NCBI RefSeq assembly: GCF_009914755.1
Contig: NC_060937.1
Origin: the human T2T-CHM13v2.0 reference genome, Homo sapiens
Length of the DNA: 64,000 bases
Strand: one strand, 5' to 3'
Each line of letters starts with the position of its first letter. Position 1 is the first letter of the stretch. A program made the position numbers and the translations under genes. The notes below the pieces were generated by a model. It searched no databases and was not told where the DNA came from. It saw only the letters and a list, made by a program, of their open reading frames with translations. Shown in pieces: positions 41,420-54,977 of the stretch.

Positions 41420-42990
41420 CATATTACCCACTGATATTGAAATTATAAAAATGTGAAGAGAGATTTTATCATATTTTTTAAAGATAGGAAGTAGATGGAG
41501 GGTAATGGATTTAACCCACGGGGTAACAGACTTACCAGAGTGGAAGTAGAGTAGGGTAGAGCAGAGTAGAAGTAGAACATACCTGCTGGCACAGGGCGGG
41601 CAGCAACACAGATGAGCTAGATTGCCCAATAAACCCCTGAGAGGTTCTGCACTGGAAACATCAGGTATCTGATGGGTACAAAGCCAAAAAGACATGCTTG
41701 GGCTAAAATTGTACGTATGGTCATAGAATCTCCCAAGGAGATTGGAGTTTTATTTTCTGGGAGAAACTGGGCAGAGTGTTCCCAGATTCAGGTAGAATAG
41801 AAACAAAGGCGGTCAGGATTGGGGTGTGGAGCTGATAACAGAATAATTCCTTTAAGAGAAAGCAGGCTCGTAGAATACCCCCACCAACCAGCAGGAAGCT
41901 GAAGGAGTCTTCTGTAGTGGAACTGGTCTGACTTTTAGAGATCTTCCAGTGAAAGGGTCATGTTGCTTCCTGTTGAGCCCACAGTCAAGCCCTTAGGTGC
42001 ACAAGTCCCATCCACAAATTTGGAGCCTCCAATCTGCTTTTAATGCCTCATTCATAAACCTTAACAAGCAACGAGGGATCACTGGGCATTGGGTTAAAGC
42101 CTCCATTATGAAAATATTATAAAACAATAATACAAGAAAAGAATTCAGAGCAGAAAGACAACACAGAGAACAGAAGAATTAAAAATATCTTTGGAGAGTT
42201 AACAACAGGTATTGTGTTCATAAAACAAGAACGGGGTGCTGTGAAAAGAAACTATCAGAGAATCACAAAGAGCTATTATAAATTAAGAATAAGAAAGGCA
42301 AAATGACAATTTGACAGAAAGGTTGATAAAGGTAAGAAAAAGTCCTCAAAGTATATCAAAAAAACACAAAGAAATGGAAAGTGTACAAATTTTAAAAATT
42401 AGTCAATTGAGAAGACACCATATTTTATTAATAGAAGGTCTAGAGAGATTAAGAGAAATAGAGCAAATGAAAGTACCTAAGAAATAACAGGAAAAACATT
42501 CAGAACTGAAAGACAAGACATTTGTCTCCTGGTTATAAGAATATTGCAAGTACCCAGCCCAATTAATAAAAAAGAGAGACCAAACCAATGCATTACCAAG
42601 GCACATTATCATGAATTTTCAGAACACTGAGGATAAACACAATATCTTAAATACTTCAAGAAAGAAAGAAAGGAAAGAAAAAAAAGGGATAAGAAAAAAA
42701 CCTAGGACAAAACAATAGATCGCATATAGAGAATAAAGAATTAGAATGGCATTGAATTTCCCAAAAGCAATATTGGAGACTAGAAGAAGAGGAAAAATTG
42801 CTTTCAAAATTCTAAGGCAAAATGACCATAAACCCTAAATTTTGTATTATTTAGCATTCTCAGTGGGGTCTGAGAGTAGAATAAATATATATTTAAACAT
42901 ATTAGGACTCCAAAAATGTTACCTACCATTACCTTTTTTTTTTTTTTTAGGGACCCACTGCAGGTTACATAATTCAGAAAAAGTAGGAAA
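41420..42990 (+). mobile_element. HAL1 (half-L1) / ancient L1 ORF1-like element
   Basis: GC-richer 5' region followed by an A-rich decayed ORF1: CCAAGGCACATTATCATGAATTTTCAGAACACTGAGGATAAA, GAATTAGAATGGCATTGAATTTCCCAAAAGCAATATTGGAGACTAGAAGA, GCTTTCAAAATTCTAAGG. No ORF2 follows. Confidence 0.65.
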
Positions 42991-43027
42991 TAATTCAAGA
43001 GAGAGTTACAGAATATACATACTCTAA

Positions 43028-43160
43028 TGTTAGAGTGAAAAGATGTCCCAGTTTATTTGAACAGTCTTGGTTTAGCTCTAGTGTTTGGACATAATTGTAA
43101 GTAACACTCCTTTTATTCTCAAAAGTGTCCTCTTTATTTCTAAACGGTGTATACTAATCT
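43028..43160 (-). mobile_element. MER94-like MITE
   Basis: GATGTCCCAGTTTATTTGAACAGTCTTGGTTTAG ... CACTCCTTTTATTCTCAAAAGTGTCC. Confidence 0.55.
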
Positions 43161-46100
43161 CATATTTTATGATGTTCAAGATTCTTAATCAAATTTCCTC
43201 ATTTTGGTTCAATGTGAAAAAACATGATGAAACCAATGATTCAATTTAGATAAATTCTGGGAAATGAATTAGAAAATATACATGATTATCTTGTAGCTAT
43301 GAGATAATCATGCTGGGAGTAAACTTCTCATTAGCAGATGCAAGTTTCCTTCGAGTAAAGTTAGTAATGAAATAAGACAAAAATATGTAAAAATAAGTTT
43401 TCAACATTCATAAACTTTATTCAGATGTTCTACTCATTTTTGCTTCTCATATAGGTCAGCAGAAAATGCTTATCCAAAGATTCCTCTCATAATACATGGC
43501 ATCTATAAAGGTGATCATAAGATGCTAATATGTCAATCCCAGTGATGTAACTTTTAAGTTCTTTGGGTTTATTGCCAGTTGCCTTTGCAGTAGCTAAAAT
43601 ATTGATCTCTTTATTTGGAGCCTAGAAATGAAAATGTCTAAAGCATATACTTCTTTTTAAAGACAGCCTAAACATAAAAATTAGCTCATTCAGAGATCTG
43701 ATGCATGCACCCATCCCAGCCACTGTGTTAAGTGCTTCCCGTACACCCAGGGAGATGGTTCCATTCATGAACTCCAGAAGATTTGGTTGACAGTGATTCA
43801 AATTATGATTATGCCTCTTATTACCTGCATGACCTCTGGGAAACTTACAAAACCCTCTATGCTTTAGTTTCTCTATCTACAATTTCTCATAATTTGGTGT
43901 TTTACATTTTTTTTGCCAATCTCTGTTTTGCTATATGAATATTTCCCAAATATGGTTGTATTACTAAGCCTTTATTGGAGTCATGTTGATAGGTTCATCT
44001 TCTTTCCCCCAACATTGAAAGAAACTATGCTGCATAGTTTAAAATATTAGTGCATGTTGTAACTTGATCACAACCAACAGTAATTAATGTAAAAGGAAAG
44101 ATACTGTGATTCTTGCCACACTTCCCTACCCCTGCCTACCTTACAGTGGGAACAAGCAGTTAACTTTATGACCTCACCAGGCCGCTGAGAGAAGCCATGG
44201 ATTCCAGATATTTTCCTATTGATAGAGTTAAATATAGCATTTAAAAAGCCAAGAACCTAGAAAATGTGAAAAGGAGAAATAACTCACCTGGCACACTATG
44301 TTTACAGTTGGTGTGCGTTGGTTTTGAAACCATCACACGAGGTTATACGGTCAAACAGCAAGACTGAGTTACGTAACCAGATGATAGGTTTATGTTGACA
44401 AAGTTTCTTTACAAAGATGAAAGAACTAACTTCCTAAATACTTATCACCATCTTTTAAATGTGTAGCTATGTGATAATTTAAGCATAATTTTGTTGACAT
44501 CATTTCTTTTAAGATTTTAGGATAAAATATATGGTTTGTTGTTTTCTGTTTTTTTTTTTCTTTTTCTTTTATTTTCATGTGGCAAGTGACGATTAAAGAA
44601 TTAAAGTTTTCTGGTGAATGAAACAGCCAGACCACTTTTCATGACAAAGTTGGTAATTAGAAGGCCAATTTAATGGTGAATCAGGCAGAAATATTCAAAC
44701 CATGACAAATGACTTTAATAATGCAGCTTGCAATGCTCGAACAGAAATAAATTTCACTTCCTCAAACTCTCGGCTTTTTCTGCCTGCCTGGAAGATAGAA
44801 CTGTCCAGGAGGTATTTTGTACCCTTTATTCAGTAAAGCTTTTACTAGATTTTAAGCGACCAAATAGCTTGCAAATGCAAAACATCATTCAATTTCGTAT
44901 GATTTTTTTTCCTGAAGGTAGACCGTGTTCAGAATTCTGAGTAAGTCAAGATTTATTTTTCTTCTGTCCTGCTTAGCCCTGCAATAGTGTTTTATTGTTG
45001 CCACTCTCTGACTTGAGGTATTAAAGGGAGCTGCATTGGCCTCAAAATTGAAAGCTAATTTTGGTGTTTGTCATAAGTTTGTTAAGACCACATGCATTCC
45101 ACAGTTTGAAAAATTTCATTATTCTGTCCATGCTGGGGCTTCGTAATTGGATAGTAAGGATGTTCAAAGACTAATTTAGTGAATTGCACAATATTTTAAA
45201 TGGAATCATGCAGGTTTATGGGTCCTTGGGGGATTCAGCTAGGAGCCTCTCGAGAAAATCTGTTTATCAGTAAATGATATTAGCAGCTTTCACCTAGCTT
45301 TTGTCTTCATTAAATTGCTGCTCTCCCAATTGAGGGTCACATCTGAGGCCTGCTTTGATAATTTGTCATTATTGTCTTGTTTATTGGAGCATAAAGTTGA
45401 TACAGGCTGGGCTGTGCTGTTTATACACCATGTGCAAAGAAGTTTTTATTAACAATTCCACCAGTGCTAAATCAAAGTGGAATTTTTTAGGGTTCAAGAA
45501 AGGGAATCATTTGTAGCATTCTAATTTCCTCTAAAACTCTCTGAGTCCATGCCATGCCCCCTTCTCTAACATGTATAACACATAATGGCATTGCTAGAGC
45601 CAATTCTCCACAGGCATTTTTTAAAAATCCATTTTTGTCTCTCAAAATAAGGTTAAATTTTGAAATCCTTTTCATAGTATTGGCCTGTCATATAAAACCG
45701 AATTCATGCAATAGACTTCCCTTAAAGTATAACATTTACAAATAATTACCATTAACTGTTTATCTTAAGAGACTTGGGGGTATAGTTATTAAAATTATTA
45801 AGAAACGTACTATTTATTGCAGTGCAGTCAAGCATACTTTTCATTGCACTTACATGTTTTAAGTGGTAAAGGGGAATTCTTTAAAACTGTGTTCATGACA
45901 TATTTGAAAGTATCACTGAGTATGTTTAAAATCATACCCACATCAATGCACAGTTTGTTTCTGACTGTGATTTACATGTGGATTTCCATGATGTGTTCTT
46001 TCCCAGTGATGATGTGGGGCCTAGAACTGGGAAACAGGGCAAGTAGACTCTATTTTCAAACAAGTCTCCGGTTCAATCTGCACATCTGGGCAATTTGCGC

Positions 46101-46657
46101 ATGTCATGACTGCCTCTGTTTCCTAGTAGAACCGTCTCATGGACTCTCATCTTCCCTCTGCATGTGAGCTGAGGTTCATTCATCTCATTGATAGGTTCAG
46201 ACAAATCTGCCTTTCCACCTCCATCTTTCATGTCTTCACCCTCCATCCTCAGTCCCTTATCCACACCCACCCCCGCTATGAAGCAATAATGTTTATTTCT
46301 CTAAGAGGGACTGGGCCTAGCAGTAAAGAGAACAGAATTTCAGCAGTCGACGCACAACATGCTTTCGTGATACAAGTTAGGAGAAAGAATGCTGATTCCC
46401 AGCAACACCCGTGGGGAATTCCATGGAGTCCACCTGGGCTAGTTGCCACTCTGCAGGTATTTTATTTTGCACAGCCAGTATTCCCACTTCCTGAACTGCT
46501 CTTAGCCCTACTCTCCCTGAGATGGGGGTTAAGGAGAGCCAGTGCTCACTTGTAGACCTAACTGTATCCTACACAGTGTCCATAGGGGTGGAGAAGATGC
46601 CAGAAAGGAAAAGGCTAACCCTTCAAGTATAAGGACAAGTAGAAATAGTAAGTTTCA

Positions 46658-47008
<351 letters not shown>

Positions 47009-49799
47009 TCACACAGGCCAGAAACCCAGCCAACCTCATTTTTATATACTATTACCTAGCACATCTTTTCAAAGATTTATGGTTATTATCGCCATCTACT
47101 CACCCACATAATCACTAGCCTTTCACTTTAAAATGGTTAAAAATTGTCTCATGGATTGCAGATCATTAATGTAAATTAGACTATTTCTATATTTGATTTC
47201 TTAATTTTTAAAAGGAAAAGAACAGCTCACTCTCACACACATACACACACACACTCTCTCTCTTTTTTTTCTTGAAAATTTTAAATGGCTCTCCAGACAC
47301 CTCTTTCAATAACTCTTACCCTCCAAAGCTGGGCTGCATTTTAATTTCACTTTAAAATAGCTACATTGGGACCATAATATGATCAGAACTAATGAATATT
47401 GTGGAGAGAAGCAAAAAATTTTATTTAAAATCTTTAAGAAGTATAAATACTTCATGTGAGTAAGAACCTGTGGTTTATCCCAGCCCAGTCAAGGACTCAA
47501 TTTTGATTCTGAGGATAAATCACTGAGCTCATCAGACCTCACTTTCTTCTGCTCAAAAAGTTCATGACTCCAGAGGTTTCTTCACAGAATGGTAGAAAGC
47601 AATCGTATTAAAATGAGTTGCCATCTCTAAATAATAATTATAATAATAATGAGAATCTTTTAGGTGTTAAGGCAGCCAAAGCTACTCACATATTGGATCT
47701 AATAAAATCGTGCTTCTTTCTAGACACCAAAAACGTTAGCAGAATGGCATCAAAGAGAAATTATTTAAAAATTACCAACATATAATGAACATTTTAAATT
47801 GACCTAGAAAGTTTTTTTTTCTTTCAGAAAAATTCTTTATTCTTGACTAGTTTCTTCTTCTGAAACTGGTATCTCAAGCTTAATCTAGACCATCTGGAAC
47901 TTGCGTGGTAGTCTCTAAATCTAAGATGGCTTTATCAGAAAGAGTTGTCAAGAAGCCGTACTTCTTAAGGAAGTTGCCTTTGGAAATAACTGTTGTTCTT
48001 GAAACATCGTTGATCTCCCTAAGACCTTTGCAAGCCTTAGCAAGCCCTGCTGCACTGGAGATCTTTCTTTTCAGGCTTGGGCACTATTCCCAGCTCCTCT
48101 GTTATGAGGCAAGAGACAACTTCTCTATGCTTCCTCTCATCACCCACATCCTAAACATTTTGAGGCGATTTCTTCATGAAACACGTTAAGATCATTTGGT
48201 CAGGTATTTTGAATAGAGATAGCAAGAACTGTCTTCTGAAAAACAGCAGGATTAATACCTTCTACAGAGTTTTGAGAGGCATCACAAAGAAGCCTGAACA
48301 TAACTATTAATCTAGATGTCAGGGACCTGAAAACAAATTGTGATTCTGCAACCTTGGGCAATCATCCCCACAACCTGGCTTCATTGCCCTCTATCGTGGA
48401 ATGATGAGGTATTGGCTTTAGCTTATTGGCTGTTCACCATGACGACCCATGAGCTGCCTCAGATGTTCAAAGAGAAGGATAGCTGAGATTTCCCTGGTGA
48501 TTTAGACAAGGCAGGGGTGCTCAGATCTGCAACAGTTCAGCGACTGAGTCTGGAGATTCCAGTGTAACCGCTGGAAGCCTCCAGCTTTGTAGGAACACTG
48601 ACCTAAAGAGAGAACTACAAACTGGCTTGTCAGCAGAAACAAACTAATCTATGTTCACTTTTCTTCTTCTAGCTTCGGTATTCTGATTTTCCGCTTAGTC
48701 TTGAGATTGTTTAATTCTGCCACAGAATTTTAAAAGCTAGGCATTTCTGTGGCAGTTCTTATATTTGGTGAGAAATGTTGAATACACAAAATGCTTCTGG
48801 CTTTAAAAACATTAGATGTTTTGAAGTGGCAGGTTATATAGATAGACTCTTAAATTTGGGGCAAAGATGATCTACAAGTTCATTCATTGACTTGAATGAA
48901 GTTCTATTCATTTTCTTTGGTTGGAGATTTATCTGCATTCTTGTTGCTGTGAAGATATTAGATACAATTGTTACAAATCAATTGATGCTATGTGTCAGGA
49001 GCTGGAAGCAGGAGCAGGAAAATCAGGGAAAGGCTAGGAACAGAAAATGTGGAAAGAAAGGGGTCAAGGATTAGAAGATAGCTGATACAGTAATTGTTAA
49101 AAGAGGCTTTAAAAATAAATAAAATTATAAATATTTAAATAAATGAGTAAAATAGTTTATATTGTTCTATTAAGCATTTTAATTACATGGCTTTTCAAGT
49201 TATTCAGCTTAATCAACAAATGATAAAGAAGTACAATTTATAGGCATGTTTCCTATACCAAGATAAACCACATCAATGAGAATTCTGATTGGTAATGGAT
49301 GTATCTGGTTCCAGAGGGAAAGGGAGTCTCATTAAGCATGCCCCAGAGAGAAGAGGTCTGTGCTCTCCTGCAGGGTAACATGCCATCTAAACGGGATGGA
49401 TGCCTCTGTGGCCACATTTCTTCCCTGGTGAACTGCCCATCCAAGCCAAGTCACAATTCTCAAAGCTGCTTTGTCACAGGAGAATAAAACTTCTAAGACC
49501 TTCATGCTCCTCACAATTTTCACAATGTGGGAGCATCTCTTAATCTCTCGTCACCCTCAAAAACTGACCAGGCAACCTGCAGGAGGGCAGGTGGAGGCAG
49601 TTATCCCCTGTTCTCCCTTGAATTTCTGTACGCTAGTCTGAGCGTTTTTCAAAACTATTCATAGTGTCAGTTCACATTGAATTGTTATTTTTCTATACTG
49701 CTGCCATCTCTATTATAGTTCTATTTTATAGTAGGTTCATATGGTAGGTATTGCAGATCATTTTTAAGGACTGCTTTCATTTGAAATTGAGCAATTTAA

Positions 49800-50100
49800 G
49801 TGTTTGGCCAAGTATGCACCACAGAACGTCACTACCACAAAATTCCCCTAGATTGAAATAAATAGTTGGACAAATAAGTTTGGTAAATGCTACCTATTAT
49901 CTATCCCTTTTGGTTAGCCACAATGCACATTAGTAAGTTAAAGCTCTGAGAAAAGCACCTATTTTATTGTTTAAATAATTTTAAACAATTTATTAAACTT
50001 ATTAGTAAGTTTAAATGATAACTTACTATCATTTTTGGAGTAGCATCTATCTTCTTGCTGTATAACCAGTTTTGTGAGGTATATCCTTTGGCAAATCCCG
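49800..50100. mobile_element. MER103-like hAT-Charlie element
   Basis: GACAAATAAGTTTGGTAAATGCTACC ... CACAATGCACATTAGTAAGTTAAAGCTCTGAGAA matches the MER103 core. Confidence 0.6.
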
Positions 50101-51593
50101 TTTGAGGTACTCCATAAATGAAAGAAACTAACATTTGAGATAGAACAGTGTAGTAAACGAGGACCAAGAACAATTTGTAGAGACAAGAGATACGGCCACC
50201 CCATTTTTTAGCCCCACTTAACGTCCCACCTACCACCTGCCCAGAATTGGCCAACAGAAAAACTGGTATTCCTGACATTACTGCCTAGAAACGTTGGGAC
50301 AAGATTAGCAACAACAGTTAAACATAAGTGTGTTTTGCAGCAAAACAAAATTCCCCCAAGCTACCTAATCCTTAAATCAAGCGGTAGAATTTATGATGTC
50401 ATCATTCTCAATACCCAAATTGCTATAACTCAAACTATTATTCATATTTTTAAAGCCATTGAAAGTTGTTTCAGAGGCTGTCAAGTTGATTCATCATGTA
50501 AGTGTACTCCAAATTGACCTCTTAGGTTTCATACTTCATGCTTTACTTTCTTACAAGAACAAAATTATAAAAATGCAATCTTCAAATCAATGAGGTGACA
50601 TATTTTTAAAAAAATCGAGTTCTTCTAGCCAAGGAGACTCATCTGGTGACTGTTTTGTAACAGTCACACCCTCTATGCACCACACACACACCCAGCACAA
50701 TGGGAGAAGTTTACAGAAAATGTAGATATTTTTAGTCCTGTATTACAGCTGAAGACCTGACCGCACAATGATGTTATATTCTGTGACACTGAATTTTCTT
50801 TCTTTTTCAAAGCTACCTTGCTTAGTGAAATTGGACAATTTATCATACAATGGCCTGCAGCAAATTTAGTATATGCAAGTGATTAGTTTGTCTCTTCCCC
50901 AAGCAGCTTTGATGCAGCTGGATGAGAGTGGGAGCAGAAAGGGAAGGTCACTTATAACACAAATTCTCTGGGGAACTGCTAATGGACTATTGACCCTCCT
51001 CACTTTAGGTCGATGTGTCATATTTGATTCTGGTTTCTTGAGATGCAATTTCCAAGTGGTGACGTTTCAAAGTCTACATGAGATGGGTTGTTCTATCAAG
51101 TTCTAAGTGTGGTATTATTCACACCGTGAATGGCAGATGCCAGTTGATTGGACTGGAGATAATTTTACCATTTCCAGCTAGCCCCAAGGCAAAAGGAAAT
51201 ACACTATTGACAACATTGGTTAAGTTAATAACCAACTGTAAATTATATCTTCACCCTTGTACTCAACACCCCTCCTCCCTCCCCGTTTAGTCTGTTTCCA
51301 TGAGGTCTAGAAAACCAAGTCAACATTTTTGATATGTCACTTGGGTCTATTATTTAAAGTAAATTTAATAGCGCTCTTTCCTGCCAACTAATGACTTTTA
51401 TTGCATTTCAAGTCTGTGAAGGATGTAAAACTGTTGCAGATAAAATGCTAGGTTCAGACAGTAATCCCTGAAGGTGCAGATAATCCAAAATGCCAAATGG
51501 AACAATTGGTCATACTGTTTAAATTAAAGTGTAATACTTTTTTACCCTTGGTAGATTTATCGTTATAATTATACATTTCAAGAACAAGTATTA

Positions 51594-51723
51594 GAGTGCA
51601 GTGGCTCACACCTGTAATCCCAGCACTTTGGGAGGCCAAGGTGGGTGGATCACTTGAGCTCAAGAATTTGAGACCAGCCAACATGGCAAAACCCCATCTC
51701 TACATTTTTTTTTAATTCAACAA
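51594..51723 (+). mobile_element. Alu left monomer (FLAM_C/AluJ-like)
   Basis: Left monomer only, with GGATCACTTGAGCTCAAG. Perfect 14-bp TSD AAGAACAAGTATTA (51580-51593 / 51724-51737). Confidence 0.9.
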
Positions 51724-52769
51724 AAGAACAAGTATTAAATTTGATAAGCATTTGAGAAGCACACTCAAGTCAAGGTATTATCCCTATAGCTCATTTCCTC
51801 TAACAGTGGAGGAAAAACCAAACACTCTGGCGGGGAGGTTGGAGGAAGCCAGTGTGGTAACAAAATGCTTTCTTGGCTCAATTGTACACTGATAATTAAG
51901 AAATTGTTTTAGGGAGAATCTTTCAGAGGGGTAACGGTTGAGATGGGAGAAAAGAAAGAGAGGAAGAAACAGTAGAGGAAGAGGACAAAGTAGGTGAAAA
52001 GAAAAGTCTCAATGGCTCAACAAATGCGGAATTACACCTTGTTCCTCACACTGTACTGCATACAGCAGAGGTCACAAAAGAAGCAGATTTTTCTTGTGCT
52101 CGCAATGTGTACCACAGAGCTGTGGATGCGTGCCCTGCAGACACAAGGACATGAACATGGGGAAACCGCAATAAGAGTTGAAAATCAAAAGTTTCCTCAA
52201 ATTTTCACAACCTCAGGCCATGGTGGTAGATTTAGAAAGTGGGTATATATAGCAAGCTCTCCATGTCTTGTTGCAGTAAACTTATTTTGAAATCATTAAT
52301 TTAGAAAGAAAGAGGTTTTAGCTTTCCAAGACCCACTAAATTAATGAACCAGGCCAATTTATGGTCTTCCATGTGTTGCTGCAAAGAAAATTCTCCCTGC
52401 AGGTAAACCATCTATCTAGAGTCAGAGATAATAGCAGCAATTTATGAGCAGGATCATTAATTATGACCTATGAAATTTTAATAGGTGCCTTCTTTGGATC
52501 TTTTGTAGAAGCTCAGATGAAAGTGGCTCCAGACCATTGACACAAACTTGGTTATCAGGAAGTCTGGTGAGCTTTCAAAGATTTGAAATCTCTATGTATT
52601 CTTTTATTTCCTTGCTGATATTTTGTTAAAGGCAGCATTATATATAAATATATATAATAAGCTCACATAGAATTTCATTTAATTACTTCTGGTAATTAGA
52701 CCAGACCTCATCTGTTTCATACATTTGTATTTCTAAGAGAAGATACTTCTTAAAATTATAATTAAGAGA

Positions 52770-53165
52770 AGGCATGGTATAGTTGAAAGATAAATGAACA
52801 TGAAATGATCTGCATTTATTCCAGGCCTGTCATATAACAAAAGCAAGCCCTTAGGCAACTGACTTAAGTGGTCTGGACCTCAGCATCTTATTTGTGCAAG
52901 ACACTGGTGTCTAATTCATTCTTATTTGTGTGAGACACTGGTATGGCATAAGAGCTAACTGGAAAACAAGGCAACATCTTTGCTAACATGTTTATCTTTC
53001 AGATCTAAAATCCTGTGGATTCCAGGAAGATGGAGATAATAACAGTACCTACCTCATAAGTTTGTGAAGACAGATAAGATAATCCTGGCAAAGCAACTCA
53101 AAGGATACCTAGGACACAGTACACATTCTATAGGTGTTCATTCTTCTCTTATCATCATTATTATT
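52770..53165 (+). mobile_element. MIR fragments
   Basis: GGCATGGTATAGTTGAAAGA ... CCTTAGGCAACTGACTTAAGTGGTCTGGACCTCAG and GATGGAGATAATAACAGTACCTACCTCATAAG. Confidence 0.6.
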
Positions 53166-54593
53166 TCTGCTACATAGGAAAAACTAGGCACTTATAAAGA
53201 AATCTTAGTTCAAAATTCTCTAACAAAATGGAATAAATAAAATTAAAGATCAATTACATGGTACATTGGGTGCTTCTAATGCCATGTAGTAACTCTACTA
53301 GATAGTGTAGGTGTTATAGGTGTATAAGAGCTTGCTCCTATTATTCCAGGATTTATACTTTTTTTGTCTGTGTGCATGGAGAATGGAAGCTCTTCAAGTA
53401 AACAGAAATATAGAACCACAACAAAAAATAAGCAAAAAAAAAAAAAAAAAATCTGAGTATTCTTAAATGCCTCTCTCAGGATCCTGTCAAAATTGACTGA
53501 CAGGACATAAGGACTTCAGAGAGAAATAGAAATTACGGGACTGGCCTGGCCAGTTTTCTACAAGACTAGGCTGGTCAGATGAACAGTTAAGTCGAATGGG
53601 CTTCTATATATGACAGAGGTAGTCAGGAATTATTTTACTGTTCATTTAATTCTTGAGTCCAGCTTGGAACATTTCTTACTATTTATCTAGGAAAATTTTC
53701 CCATGTCCTAAACCCTGTTAAAATTACAAATTACTATCAAAATTATTTAGCCATCTGGTTAAAATTATTTTTTATTTTCTTTAAATAAATGGCCTACCAG
53801 TCAAGGTATTGTTTTCCAGCTACCTGTTTCACATCTCAGCAGTGTGCCAAATTGATGACTAGTGTACTTTGTCAGACTGGGATTTCCAGTCTGGCTCAAA
53901 ACCTACCCTGTATGGGTGCTGTGATGTTCAATCTCTGTCTTCTCTATACACCACTGGCACCATGGAAGACCTTCATCTGTAGTGTAGGTCCCTTGAGTTC
54001 ACATTCATCCTGACCCTGTCAGAAGGTCAGCAGCAGTTCAGCCCACAGTGGCAGGAGAGGGGCCCTGCTGCCATTGATTTCATCTCCACTATTTCTTTCT
54101 CTGCTCTCCTCTCTTTTGCCCTAGACCGCAGTCAGGATTACAACCTTGATTTCCCTCCAGGACTCCAGTTGCAGCTGGAATTGAAACTCTGTTCTCATCT
54201 CTGAGCTGCTTGAATGAATCTCCATATCCTGGCCAGCGGCTGGGTCTTGGCTGTGAAGGAACTGACCAGCCACCATGCTTTGATATCACCTGCTCCCTGG
54301 ATAATAACTGCAGATCTGCATGTCTGGACTTATTCAGATACAGGACAAGCTCAAGAACACCACACCTCTTTGCATCTTGTATGCAAGGACCAGTCTCTGA
54401 AACCAGTTTTATTTCTCCAAGCCCCTTTCTTACCTTGTCCAGCGTCTTCCTCACCACCTGGCAGGGTTACTGATGCTTCCACTGGCTCAGCAGTCAGATA
54501 ACTAAGACTATTCCCCTGTGAACCTTTTGCTGCTTCTCCACACCATCTAAATCACCACCAGCAGATACTAGGATATCACTAGAGTTTCCCTTC

Positions 54594-54977
54594 TGTATTA
54601 GTCCGTTCTCATGCTGTTGTAAAGAACTGCCCAAGACTGGGTAATTTATAAAGGAAAGAGGTTTAATTGACTCACAGTTCTGCATGGCTGGGGACGCCTC
54701 AGGAAACTTACAACCCATGGCAGACAGAGAAGTAAATATGTCCTTCTTCATACGATGGCAGGGAGGAGAAGTACAGAGCGAAGCAGGGAAAAACCTCTTA
54801 TAAAACCACCAAATCTTGTGAAAACTCACTATCTTGAGAATCATGAGAACAGCATGGGGGAACTACCCCCATGATCTAATCACCTCCTATGAGGTTCTTC
54901 CCCCAATACGTGGGGATTATAATTCGAGTTACAATTCACGATGAGATTTTGGGTAGGGACACAGCCAAACCATATTG
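54594..54977 (-). mobile_element. THE1D-like solo LTR
   Basis: TGTATTAGTCCGTTCTCATGCTG ... GCCTCAGGAAACTTACAA ... GGGACACAGCCAAACCATATTG. Perfect TSD CCTTC (54589-54593 / 54978-54982). Confidence 0.9.

Noticed and set aside
44900-44950. Possible micro-exon (TTTTTTTTCCTGAAG ... TGA|GTAAGT)
   Set aside because: Isolated splice-like signals are common. No partner exons or reading frame can be supported.
52886-52944. Duplicated CTTATTTGTG(CA/TG)AGACACTGGT units
   Set aside because: A two-copy tandem duplication within MIR-derived sequence, not CRISPR-like.
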